Below, piece by piece: positions 27,953-38,400 of a DNA stretch of 64,000 bases. Where the stretch lies: the IMG/VR virus record IMGVR_UViG_3300035670_000069, positions 1 to 64,000 of that record; one strand, written 5' to 3'. This DNA is from a virus. The position numbers and the translations under genes were made by a program. The notes beneath the pieces are model-generated. The model was given only the letters and a program-made list of their open reading frames with translations. It was not told the DNA's origin and ran no database searches. The stretch's first letter is position 1. Every line of letters starts with the position of its first letter.

Positions 27953-28831
27953 ATGCAAATTCTTAGAGTTCCGCCATATGATTTATCCGTAACACTAGAT
28001 GTTTCTGAAGCATCTACTGAATACGACTACGTTATTGTAGATATGGCGGATCTCTCTGAATCAACTGGAACAATAGTATCAAGTTCTGAAAGCAAGGTAG
28101 AAATACCTTTATCATCTGAATATGATACAGAATATAAAATAACTGTAGATGGATCTGATACATATATTGATGTAGTAAGACCATATGTAGATCCAAACGA
28201 GCATGGAACAACTGCAAGCGAAATTGCAGCATACGCAGCAAATGAAGAATTAGCCAGAGCAATCATTGACTCTGTTTGCGATGTAGATTTTTATTTTAAA
28301 AAGAGAATAATTGAAACAACAGGTCTTGGGGTAGATTATTTACCAATATGGGTAGATGCACTAGACGTTATTAAGGTTTATGAAAATAATGTACTACTTT
28401 ATGATGCAAGTGATTTAGAAAATTCTGTTAGCGAATTTGAAATTATTGCAGACAAATCTGCTATTACAATGACATATAGCGATGCAATTAATAGAGATGA
28501 GTCTGCTCGTATTTTGCTACCCGCTTCACCAACAGATATTGCAGAACTAGATTATTCTGCACGAGGATTTCCCAAGGGATGGGATTATAGAATTACATTA
28601 GAGGTTGGATATCACAAAGTCCCTGCAGATATCAAGAGGGCAGCAGAATTATTAATTCATGATATTGATTGTGGTAAATTAGATTACTATAAGCGTTATA
28701 TTAATTCATATAATACAGATCAGTTTAGAGTTCAATTTGATAAGGCAGTATTTGAAGGTACTGGCAATTTGATTGTAGATAAAATCCTTGATAAGTACCG
28801 CAAACCGATTGAGTTCGTTGGAGTACTGTAA
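27953..28831 (+). CDS. Head-to-tail adaptor
   Basis: ARAIID, FPKG.DY..., VPADIKRAAELLI, TGNLIVDKILDKY; position in the module. Confidence 0.75.
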   Translation: MQILRVPPYDLSVTLDVSEASTEYDYVIVDMADLSESTGTIVSSSESKVEIPLSSEYDTEYKITVDGSDTYIDVVRPYVDPNEHGTTASEIAAYAANEELARAIIDSVCDVDFYFKKRIIETTGLGVDYLPIWVDALDVIKVYENNVLLYDASDLENSVSEFEIIADKSAITMTYSDAINRDESARILLPASPTDIAELDYSARGFPKGWDYRITLEVGYHKVPADIKRAAELLIHDIDCGKLDYYKRYINSYNTDQFRVQFDKAVFEGTGNLIVDKILDKYRKPIEFVGVL

Positions 28832-29280
28832 TGGCTATATGCGAAACTACAGACTTCGCATTTCCTATGCAAGCAGATGTATATCATCCAATTGTTGAAC
28901 AAGGGCCGTATGGCAACATCAAAAAGACTTGGGTTTTAGATAGAACTATTGCTTGTTCTTTTTCTCCAGCAGGATCTGCTTTTAAAGAAGAAGTAACTCC
29001 AAACGTAAACATAACACAAGAAAAGATATTATTAGGTCGTGTCAGAACTGATATTAGGGTGTCTAGCGAAGAAGCCAATAATTCAATTACAAACGTTATT
29101 ATTACAAACATTAAAGATAAAAATTGTAATGAGGTTTATTTAGAAACGGTTGGTCCACGTGCTGGTAAATCAACCATATTTGAAATAGCAACTCAGGACC
29201 CATTTGTTGGACCATTTGGAAATGTTGAATATTATAATGTTGTTATACGTAGGTCAGAAAATCAGGCAAGTGATATATGA
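28831..29280 (+). CDS. Putative head closure/stopper protein
   Basis: Synteny; QGPYGNIKKTW. Confidence 0.55.
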   Translation: MAICETTDFAFPMQADVYHPIVEQGPYGNIKKTWVLDRTIACSFSPAGSAFKEEVTPNVNITQEKILLGRVRTDIRVSSEEANNSITNVIITNIKDKNCNEVYLETVGPRAGKSTIFEIATQDPFVGPFGNVEYYNVVIRRSENQASDI

Positions 29281-29951
29281 TAGCCGTAAAACTAGATAGC
29301 AATTTATTCAGAAAAGAAATGAATAACATTATTAATTATTCTACAGGCTTTCTTGATGGAGTTCAAAAGGGAAAGAAAGTATTTCTTGATAACCTAGGAA
29401 GAGATACTATTGAATTGCTTAAACAATATATTGATTCAAGCGCCAGAGTTAGCCCACAAACTTTGCATCATGTTTATGAATGGTATCAGGTTGGAAGTCC
29501 AGATGCAAGATTATTTGATATAGACTATACATTGAGTGGCCTTGGTCTTTCTTTTAGATCTTCATTTAGGCAATCTTCATCTGTTAAAGATGGATCTAGA
29601 GAACCCTTTTACAATAAAGCAATTATTATGGAACAGGGTCAGCCAGTTATTATTAAACCAAAAAATGCACAGGCTTTAAGATTTGAGGTAGATGGAGAAG
29701 AGGTATTTACTAGACAACCCGTTGTAGTTAATAATCCTGGTGGCGCAACAGAGCGTGGCTTTGAAAAGGTATTTGATTCATTCTTTAGTAGATATTTTAA
29801 GCAAACATTTTTACGTAAAAGCGGTATGCTAAAAGATTTTGAAAATCCAGTTGCATATAAAAAGAATCTTAAATCAGGTGCTAAACTTGGCAGAGGCAAG
29901 GGTATCGAAACAGGATATCGTTGGATTGCTAATATAAAGGCGGTTAAATAA
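29277..29951 (+). CDS. Putative neck/tail-completion protein
   Basis: Synteny; IIIKPKNAQALRFEVDGEEVF...V.NPG motif. Confidence 0.55.
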   Translation: MIAVKLDSNLFRKEMNNIINYSTGFLDGVQKGKKVFLDNLGRDTIELLKQYIDSSARVSPQTLHHVYEWYQVGSPDARLFDIDYTLSGLGLSFRSSFRQSSSVKDGSREPFYNKAIIMEQGQPVIIKPKNAQALRFEVDGEEVFTRQPVVVNNPGGATERGFEKVFDSFFSRYFKQTFLRKSGMLKDFENPVAYKKNLKSGAKLGRGKGIETGYRWIANIKAVK

Positions 29952-30556
29952 TGACTTATGCAGAATTATATGGCCCAAATGCATCATCAATTAATACACC
30001 AGTGCTTTGGATAAACAAATATCTTGAAGAAAAAATTCCAGAACTATCTGGGCTTGGAAATTTTCCATTTTTTCCTTCTACTCCATCAACAATAAATGAT
30101 TTAACTGAATACTTTAACAGCAGCACAATAGGGGCAGCAGCAACATGGGATAGATTAATAAAAATGAGAAGATCTGCATTTCCACATATAAAGTGTGAAC
30201 AGGTTATGTATTATTTTTATGCACAGGGGTCAAACCCAATAGAGACTATGATTCATATACAAGAAACAGTGCTAAGGCTATTAGATAGAGGAGACGAGTC
30301 TGCTCGTGAAATAAACAACTGGGCAATGAACAGGCAAATTAGAATTGACAACAATACTGTATTTGACAATCAATTTTATTTTCATGATTTTAAAATATAT
30401 CAGTTAGAAGAGACTAGGGATATTATAGATTTTGGCACCGCACGTACATACGGGGGAAATAAGATTATTATAGATTATGACTACCATCAATCCAAAGACC
30501 TTACAAATCAAGATTGGCAGCCAGAACCCAAGGCAGCAACCAAGTTAATAATTTAA
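29951..30556 (+). CDS. Putative tail terminator protein
   Basis: Position immediately before the major tail gene. Confidence 0.45.
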   Translation: MTYAELYGPNASSINTPVLWINKYLEEKIPELSGLGNFPFFPSTPSTINDLTEYFNSSTIGAAATWDRLIKMRRSAFPHIKCEQVMYYFYAQGSNPIETMIHIQETVLRLLDRGDESAREINNWAMNRQIRIDNNTVFDNQFYFHDFKIYQLEETRDIIDFGTARTYGGNKIIIDYDYHQSKDLTNQDWQPEPKAATKLII

Positions 30557-30625
30557 TAAAAGGCTGTATACTTATACTGAGGAAACACGCCTTTTTATTC
30601 TATAGAAAAAAAAGAGGTGAAATAA

Positions 30626-31258
30626 ATGGCTCTAGGTAATAGTAATAATATTATCGTCGGTGCAGCCCAGGTCTTCGTTTACGATGGACCTTTGGCAGTG
30701 GGTGGAAACCCAACACCAGAAGAAGGAGAAGCCTATGTAACCACACTTGAGGGTACAACAGGCTTTGACAGTATTGGTTACACTATGAATGGTTTGGAAC
30801 TCGTTTTCCAGCCAGACTTTGGTGAAGTTCAAGTTGACCAGATTCTTGACGTTGCTAAGTTATATAAGCAAGGTATGCAGGTAAACCTAAATACCACTTT
30901 TGCTGAAGCAACTTTAGAAAACTTAATTATCGCAGTAGCAGCAAACGCTGAGACTGATCTTACTGGTGACAAAACAACTACAACAGGCCAAGTATTCAAC
31001 ATGAAGTCAGGCTCTCTAGGCGAATGCCCAGTTGAGCGTGGTCTTGTTGCTGTTGGTCCTGGAACTGGCGATTGCGAAGAGGGTTCCAACTTGGAACGTA
31101 TCTATGTCGCATATCGTGCACTCTCGATTGAAAATGTGACTGTTTCTGCAAAGCGTGATGAGGCTACAATGTTTGAAGTTTCATTCCGTCTACTTCCAGA
31201 AGATAGCACAGGCTCTTATGGTAAGATCATTGATCGTACTGTAACTACCACACCATAA
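30626..31258 (+). CDS. Major tail tube protein
   Basis: NIIVGAA, GYTMNGLEL..QPDFGEVQVDQ, TTFAEATLENL, FEVSFRLLP. Confidence 0.85.
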   Translation: MALGNSNNIIVGAAQVFVYDGPLAVGGNPTPEEGEAYVTTLEGTTGFDSIGYTMNGLELVFQPDFGEVQVDQILDVAKLYKQGMQVNLNTTFAEATLENLIIAVAANAETDLTGDKTTTTGQVFNMKSGSLGECPVERGLVAVGPGTGDCEEGSNLERIYVAYRALSIENVTVSAKRDEATMFEVSFRLLPEDSTGSYGKIIDRTVTTTP

Positions 31259-31271
31259 TACAACTTAATAA

Positions 31272-31317
31272 AAACAGAAGGCTCAGTCATATTTGAAAAG
31301 GCTGGGCCTTTCTGTTT
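31272..31317 (+). terminator. Hairpin/terminator after the major tail gene
   Basis: AAACAGAAGGCTCAGTC...GGCTGGGCCTTTCTGTTT. Confidence 0.7.
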
Positions 31318-31331
31318 GCTATAATTGTTTA

Positions 31332-32015
31332 ATGGCTAAAAATGTATACGAAGTTGGATATATAGAAACATTATCTGGAGATGTAATTGAAATCTCCCCG
31401 CTTAAAATAAAATACATGAAGCAATTTATGGACAAATTTGAGCAGGTAAAAAGTGCAAAAGATAATGACGAATCTATAGATATTTTAATTGAATGCTCAG
31501 TTATAGCAATGAAACAATTTAGGCCAGGAAAATATAAAACAAAAGAAGATTTAGAACTAGACTTTGACATGCAAAGTTTATATAAGATATTAGAGTATTG
31601 CGCTGATGTAAAAATAAAAGATAATGAAGAGAAAGAATCATCAATAAAAACAAAAGATGACGGGTCTAGTTGGGAGACCATGGACTTGCCTAAATTAGAG
31701 GCTGAAGTATTTATGACTGGAATCTGGAAAAATTTTGAGGAACTTGAAGAGTCCATATCTATGCCAGAACTAGTATTATTGTTATCAACAAAAAGAGATT
31801 TAGACTATGATAATAAAAAATTTAATGCAGCATTACAGGGCGTAGATTTAGATAAACAGTCAAATAAAAATAATGCCTGGGAAGATATGAAGGCCAGGGT
31901 ATTTAGCAAGGGTAGGGCCACAGATTCTAAGGATATATTAGCACTACAAGGTATAAATGCTCAACAGGCAGGGTTTGGAATAGGCATGGGCATTGACTAC
32001 GAAAAGATAAATTAA
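31332..32015 (+). CDS. Tail assembly chaperone, long (G-T-like) form
   Basis: N-half is homologous to 32064..32399; C-half has GIWKNFEELEESISMPEL; ATG 6 nt after TGCTATAAT. Confidence 0.7.
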   Translation: MAKNVYEVGYIETLSGDVIEISPLKIKYMKQFMDKFEQVKSAKDNDESIDILIECSVIAMKQFRPGKYKTKEDLELDFDMQSLYKILEYCADVKIKDNEEKESSIKTKDDGSSWETMDLPKLEAEVFMTGIWKNFEELEESISMPELVLLLSTKRDLDYDNKKFNAALQGVDLDKQSNKNNAWEDMKARVFSKGRATDSKDILALQGINAQQAGFGIGMGIDYEKIN

Positions 32016-32063
32016 TAAAGTTCCAGTGTGATATAATTGGAAAAGTCGATAACGGAGGAATAA

Positions 32064-32399
32064 ATGACGACAACAGTACATGAAAAGCAAACAGTATCCT
32101 TGATGGATGGCACAGAAATACAACTTAAGCCACTTAATATTGCTCTGCTTCGTAAGTTTATGAAGAACTTTGAAAAGATTCAAAAGGTAGCAGACGATAA
32201 TGATAAGTCAATGACTGTCCTTATGGAATGCGTACAAATTGCTATGCAGCAATACAAGCCAGACTTGGCGGGGGATCTAGAAAAGTTAGAAAACAATATT
32301 GATCTTCCAACAGTCTATAAAATTGTGGATGTTGCATCAGGTATTAAATTAGGAGAAGATAACCCTCTTGGCAATCCTCTCGTAAATGTAAATGCCTAA
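32064..32399 (+). CDS. Tail assembly chaperone, short (G-like) form
   Basis: Directly upstream of the tape measure gene; GGAGG RBS. Confidence 0.7.
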   Translation: MTTTVHEKQTVSLMDGTEIQLKPLNIALLRKFMKNFEKIQKVADDNDKSMTVLMECVQIAMQQYKPDLAGDLEKLENNIDLPTVYKIVDVASGIKLGEDNPLGNPLVNVNA

Positions 32400-32424
32400 T
32401 TAAATAAAAAAGAGGTGGAAATGA

Positions 32425-35400
32425 ATGGCAGATGTTAATGCTAATATTAGCGTTAATATTGACACGTCTGCAGCGCTATCAGAGTTAAAAAATTTACAGC
32501 GTCAAATATCAAATTTCCATAACTCTATTGCAAAGTCTAGCGCTTCTGCAGCGATAGCACAAAGAAATCTGCAGCAGGGGTTCGTCGATTCAATAAATTC
32601 AACGGGACAGTTTGCTGCCCGTATACAAACAATCCGAACCTCTGCTGAATCTTTTACTAATTCTCTTGAGAAGAATAAGTTCTCAATGCGAGAATACTTT
32701 AGATATGGCATTGCATCTTCTAAGATGTTTGGCAAGGTATTTAAAACCGAATTTGATACTATAAATAAAGTTGCCATAGAAAGAACAAGAAAACTTCAAA
32801 CCCAGTATATAAAAATGGGTCGTGATGCTAATGGAGCAATGAAGGCAATTGCCGTAACACCTCTTGCTCTTGATATGGAAGATTTAGCAACAAAGACTAT
32901 GATTGCTGCACAAAAACAGCAACTATTTAATCAACTTTTATCACAAGGCAGCACCAACTTAATTAATTTTGGTAAGAACACTCAGTGGGCTGGACGACAG
33001 TTAATGGTTGGTTTTACCCTTCCACTATCTGTATTTGGCAGCACAGCATCCAAGGTCTTTATGGATCTTGAGATGGAAATGATTAGGTTTAAGCGTGTTT
33101 ATGGAGATTTGTTTACCATAGACGAAGAGACTGATGCTAATATGCAAAGCATCAGAGGTTTGGCTCAAGAGTTCACAAGATATGGCGTTACAGTACAAGA
33201 AACTCTTGCAACAGCAGCAGATGCAGCAGCAGCAGGTTTTAGTGGAACAAAACTTGAAGCAACAGTAAGACAAGCAACTCGACTTTCTGTACTTGGTGAA
33301 GTTGAAAGGCAAGAGGCGTTTAAGGCTACTATCGCACTACAAACAGCATTTAAATTAAATAATAATGAATTGGCAGACTCTATTAACTTTTTGAACGCAG
33401 TTGAAAACCAATCTGTTGTTAGCCTTCAAAATTTAACTGATGCTATACCAAGAGTTGCTCCTATTATTAAAGGACTTGGCGGAGACGTTAGAGATCTTTC
33501 CGTATTTCTTGCTGCTATGCAAGAAGGTGGTGTAGATGCAGTATCTGCAGCAAATGGTTTGAAATCAGCGCTTGCTTCTATTATTAACCCAACTAAAGTT
33601 GCAAAAGAAATGCTTAATAGTGCGGGTATTGATATTAAAAATATTGTAGACAGAAATGTTGGCAATCTAATGCGTACTGTATTAGATCTTGGAGACGCAC
33701 TAAAAACACTGACTCCATTAGCAAGACAAAAAATACTTGAGCAATTATTTGGTAAGTTCCAGTTTGCTAGAGTCGGAGCATTGTTTGAAAATATAGCAAA
33801 AGAAGGATCTCAGGCTCAACGCACCATGGAACTTATGCAGATGTCTGCACAAGATCTTGCACAACTTGCAAATAAAGAATTGGCTGCCATTGAAGAAAGT
33901 TCTGCTACAAAATTTAAGGCTGCTGTTGAAGAATTAAGAGCAGCAATTGCACCAATGGGAGAACTATTCCTTGAAATTGTTACTCCAGTTCTTAAGGCAA
34001 TAACTTCATTGGTTGAAAGATTTAATAATCTATCAGACAATAGCAAGAAAACAATAGGTACTATTATTACAATATTGGGTGGAGTAGCCCCAATTGTTCT
34101 TATGCTTGTCGGTTTATTTGCTAACTTTGCTGGTAACTTAATGAAGTTTTTTGGCATACTAAGAAATGGATATTTAAAACTAACTGGTCAATCTAAATAT
34201 CTTGGAGAGCAAACTAATTATTTGACCAGCGAGCAAATGGAGGCAGAGGCTGTTGCTTCTTCTCTTGATCAGGTACACGCAAGACTAACACAAAGATTTA
34301 CATCAGAAGCAGAGGCATTATTTGCTTTAACTAATGCATATCGACAAGCATCAGAAGCAGCAAGAAGATTTGCAATTAATAACCCTGGCATGATGAATCC
34401 ACAAGGGCCAATGCGTAAATATAATAAGGGTGTCAGCATAGTTCCAGGTAGTGGCAATAGAGATACAGTTCCCACAATGCTAACCCCTGGAGAATCTGTA
34501 ATTCCAGCAGATATGACCAAGAAATATGGCGGTCTTATTCAGAGTATGATTTCCGATAATATTCCAGGATTTAAAAAAGGCGTTGCTGGAGTTGGTACTG
34601 GTGCAACAATAGGAACTGTACTAGGAGGAACTTTTCAGCAAAGAAGATTCTCTCCTGTAGCAATGATGGCACCAGGTAATTATGCTGGTGGATTTGGTAT
34701 GGATCCAGAATGGCTTGCTTTAAATGAAGAAGCAAAGGCATCTTTTGCATCTGCATTAAGAACTGCAGCAATGGCAGAGGCTGGAATTAGACAAACTAAA
34801 GATAATTATCAAAATTTCTGGTCTGGTCTTAATCCAGTATTAGACGGAATATTTGATATTTTTGCACAAGGAATAACTCCTGATGTAAAAAATGTTGCAG
34901 ATGTTGGACAATCTCAATATCCATTAATGATAAATCATATTGATCAATTAGAAAGCAATCTTGCAATTAGTGCAGATGTTGCAGAACAATTACGTAACTC
35001 ATTAAGAAAATTAGTTGTACCTTTAGAGTCTGATTTAACTCAACAGGATGTTAGAAGAGCAGAGATAGCAGTAGATGATTTAGGCGAGGCATATGTTAAA
35101 AGAGCATCATACGAAAGATCTGGAACAACTCTAAAACCACAGGTTGTAAGAAATTTTCCAAGAGAATTAGAGATGCGAGGATTGCTTCCTCCAACATATG
35201 AAGATTATACGTTTGCACACATACCACAAGCAATGTCTTCTGAAGTAACAATTCCTCCATATTTGAGAAAGAAATCTGGAACTGGTAATCCTGCAGAACT
35301 TGCTTTAATGGAACAAATAAGTTCTGGAGCAGTTATAAAAGAAGGATATCAAATAGGTGTTAATTTAGGTAAAGAATATAAGGCTGGAGTAGAAAAAAGT

Positions 35401-38400
35401 GGGGCACAGGATATATATTTAGAAACTCGTGACAGACAAAGCCCCCATAGATTAGCGCCACAAGATGGAAAAGATGATGCTATTGCTTATACTAGTGCAA
35501 GAGATCAAGAATTAAAGAGGGCTGCCTCTAATTATGTTCAAACAGATTCTGGCTTATTAGTTCCACCTGGAACTCCAACTGGAGGAGGGACAACTTCTGG
35601 CAGTTCTCCAGTATTCCTAGGCATGCCAGGTGTAAGACAAAAAGAATCACTTGGACAAAGAATGCGAGGAAAGTATTCTGCACTATCAGACAGAATGGCT
35701 AACACTAGAGCAAGTATGCAACCAATGATGAATAAGTTTAATGGCGCTGCTATGGCTTTGACAAGTGTCGGTATTGCTGCTTCTATGATACCTGGTCCAT
35801 TTGGTCAAATAGCACAACAGGCAATGCCAGTTATTATGGGTATTCAGGGATTAGCAATGGCACTTCCAATGCTAATGACTCCAATGGGTGCTGCTGTAGG
35901 AATTGTTGCAGCAGTAGCAGCAGGGTTTTATTTAGTTAATAAAGCACAGAAAGATTATGTAAAGAGCGTAAAAGAAAATGCAGAGAAAGAGGCAAAGATA
36001 AGACAAGGATCCGCAGACTCTGTAAGGTCATACTCTGAATTTTTGGGAGAAGGCGGTACTCCAAGTCAAAGACAATTTAATCGTCGTGGAGATACAAGAT
36101 TTATTAGTGCTGAAAATGCCAAGTTGGCAAAGTTTAGAGAGTATTACGAAGGTGTTGGCAAAGAGTCTGCTGAAGTTATTAAGTTTTCAGCAACGAAGGG
36201 AAGCGCTGAAGCATTAGCAGCAACTGCACAAGATATAGCAAATAGAGTTTCTGTATTTGGACTAGATCCAAAAGACATTGCTGCAAACATTAAGGCTGCT
36301 GCAGAACTTTCTGGGGTAAATGAATTAGAACTTAAGGCTAAATTACAAGAACTTCTTGCTCCCAATGGACAAGATATTCTTACTACTCCATTGACTATTG
36401 AGGCAAGAATAAAGTTTTTATCTAAAAGTTTAACTAAAGACTTGAAGGGTATAGAGTCTCAAATATCTTCTTTGACTGGAACACAAGTTGCTGGCTTTGG
36501 CACTAGGATGCTAAGAAGTCTTGGAACCGCATACTTGGGAACAAAAGACAAAACAGGTGATGAACAAAAAGCCTTTGAACAAGACCAAAAAGCAATGGCA
36601 TTAATTCAAAACCAGTTAGATGTTTCTTTTACAAAATCATCTGAGGCTCTTGCAATGTTGAATGCCCAATATGTAGATGGAGCAATAAACGCTAAAGAAT
36701 ACAATGCTCAGCATATGGCAATTATGCAATCATTTGATGAATTATCAGAAAGTACTAATTCTTATCTAGAAAAACTAAAAGAAATTGATCCAACAGGCAA
36801 GTATGCAGCAGATGCAATGTCTGATATTGCAGACAATGTCTTGGCGCCATTTGTAAAGGCAAATAAAAAAGTTGGGGGGCAGATAAAAGAAATAATAACA
36901 TCTTTGCCAACCGAAGTACAAACAAATGTTTTGGTAAATCTTTCAAGAGGAAGTTTAACTCCTACAGATATATTGCAAATGGATTTATTGTTAGAGCAAA
37001 TGCAAGGAAAAACAGTAGAGCAAAAATATCAATTTATAGCCGATCTTCCCTCTTTGTCTAAAAACTTAAAAGCAATAATGAATCTTCATATTGCATATGA
37101 GGAACTAACTGCAGCAGAAAGAGTTAAAATACAGGCAATGGCAAATTGGACCATTGGACAAATGATTACAATGGAACAGGCAAGAGCAAACAATGCATAC
37201 TTAAATGCTAAGGATAAGGTTGATAAATTAGAGGCAAGAATTAAGAAAATGAATCGTGTTACCAAAGATTCTCCAGAACTTGATGGAACTACTGATATAA
37301 CAGAAGACGGGTCTGGCTCAGATCCATATGCATTCTTAGACCCATTGCTTTCTAGATTAAAGCAGGTACGAAAAGAATCAATAAATGCTGCTGGTGGCGT
37401 AGAATATTTTGTTAAACTATTAAGCAAGGACATGAAGGGCTTCAAGGGCATGGACCAAATGCTTCGTGCTGCTGGAGCAACTCAAGGATTTATTGATATT
37501 GTAAATGGACTTGATTCAGATCAACTTAAATTATTTGGCGACAGACTGTATAAGATTAAAGATGGCAAGATTATATTTGGTGATCTTGGTAAGGCAATTC
37601 AAAGATTTACTAAAGAGGTAGAACTTGGCAATTTCCAAGATCAAATGCAACAAACAATTGTAGATGCAGAAAATCAATATAAAGCGTATGTTAAGTTACG
37701 TGCTGCAGGCTTAAGTGCTTCTAAGACATTAGAGATTTTAGCAGAACAAGGACTTGCAGCAGCAATTGCAGCAGAAAGTGTTGATAGTGTTGACTTTAAA
37801 AACTTTATTGCGGGTGCAAAAAAGAGCACAGAAGAAACAAAAAAATTAGCAAAAGAACTTAAGGCTTTAAGATTTGAAGCAGAGCAAGAACAGGAAACTG
37901 AAGCAGATAAGATAGATGATTTCTTTGCATATGAAGAAGCCAGAATTAAATTAGAAAAATATCGCCAGTTTGTTGAAAAACAAGGAATGTCTCCTGCAGA
38001 CTTTGAAAGAAATAGAATTAAGCCTGCTGAAAAAGCAGTTGAAGCAGCACAAGATGCTGTAGATGCAATACAAGATCAAATAGATGCAGAACAAGAATTT
38101 ATTGATCAATACAATCGTGGAATAGAACTCATTGGTAGACAAGAGGATATAATTAATGAAGAGTATGATAAACGAAATGAAGCAATAGATCAACAGATAA
38201 ATGCTTTAGATAAAGTTCAGCAATTAAATCAAAATATTGCAGAAAATCAAAAGAGACAAACAACTCTTGCAGATGCCTTAAGCACTGGTGATATCGCTGC
38301 TGCAGCACAAATTGCACAAGAGATGAGATCTGCCTCTGCACAGCAATCTATTGAAGCACAAAAGGCTGCTCTTGAGGAACAAAAGAATAGATTAGAACTA

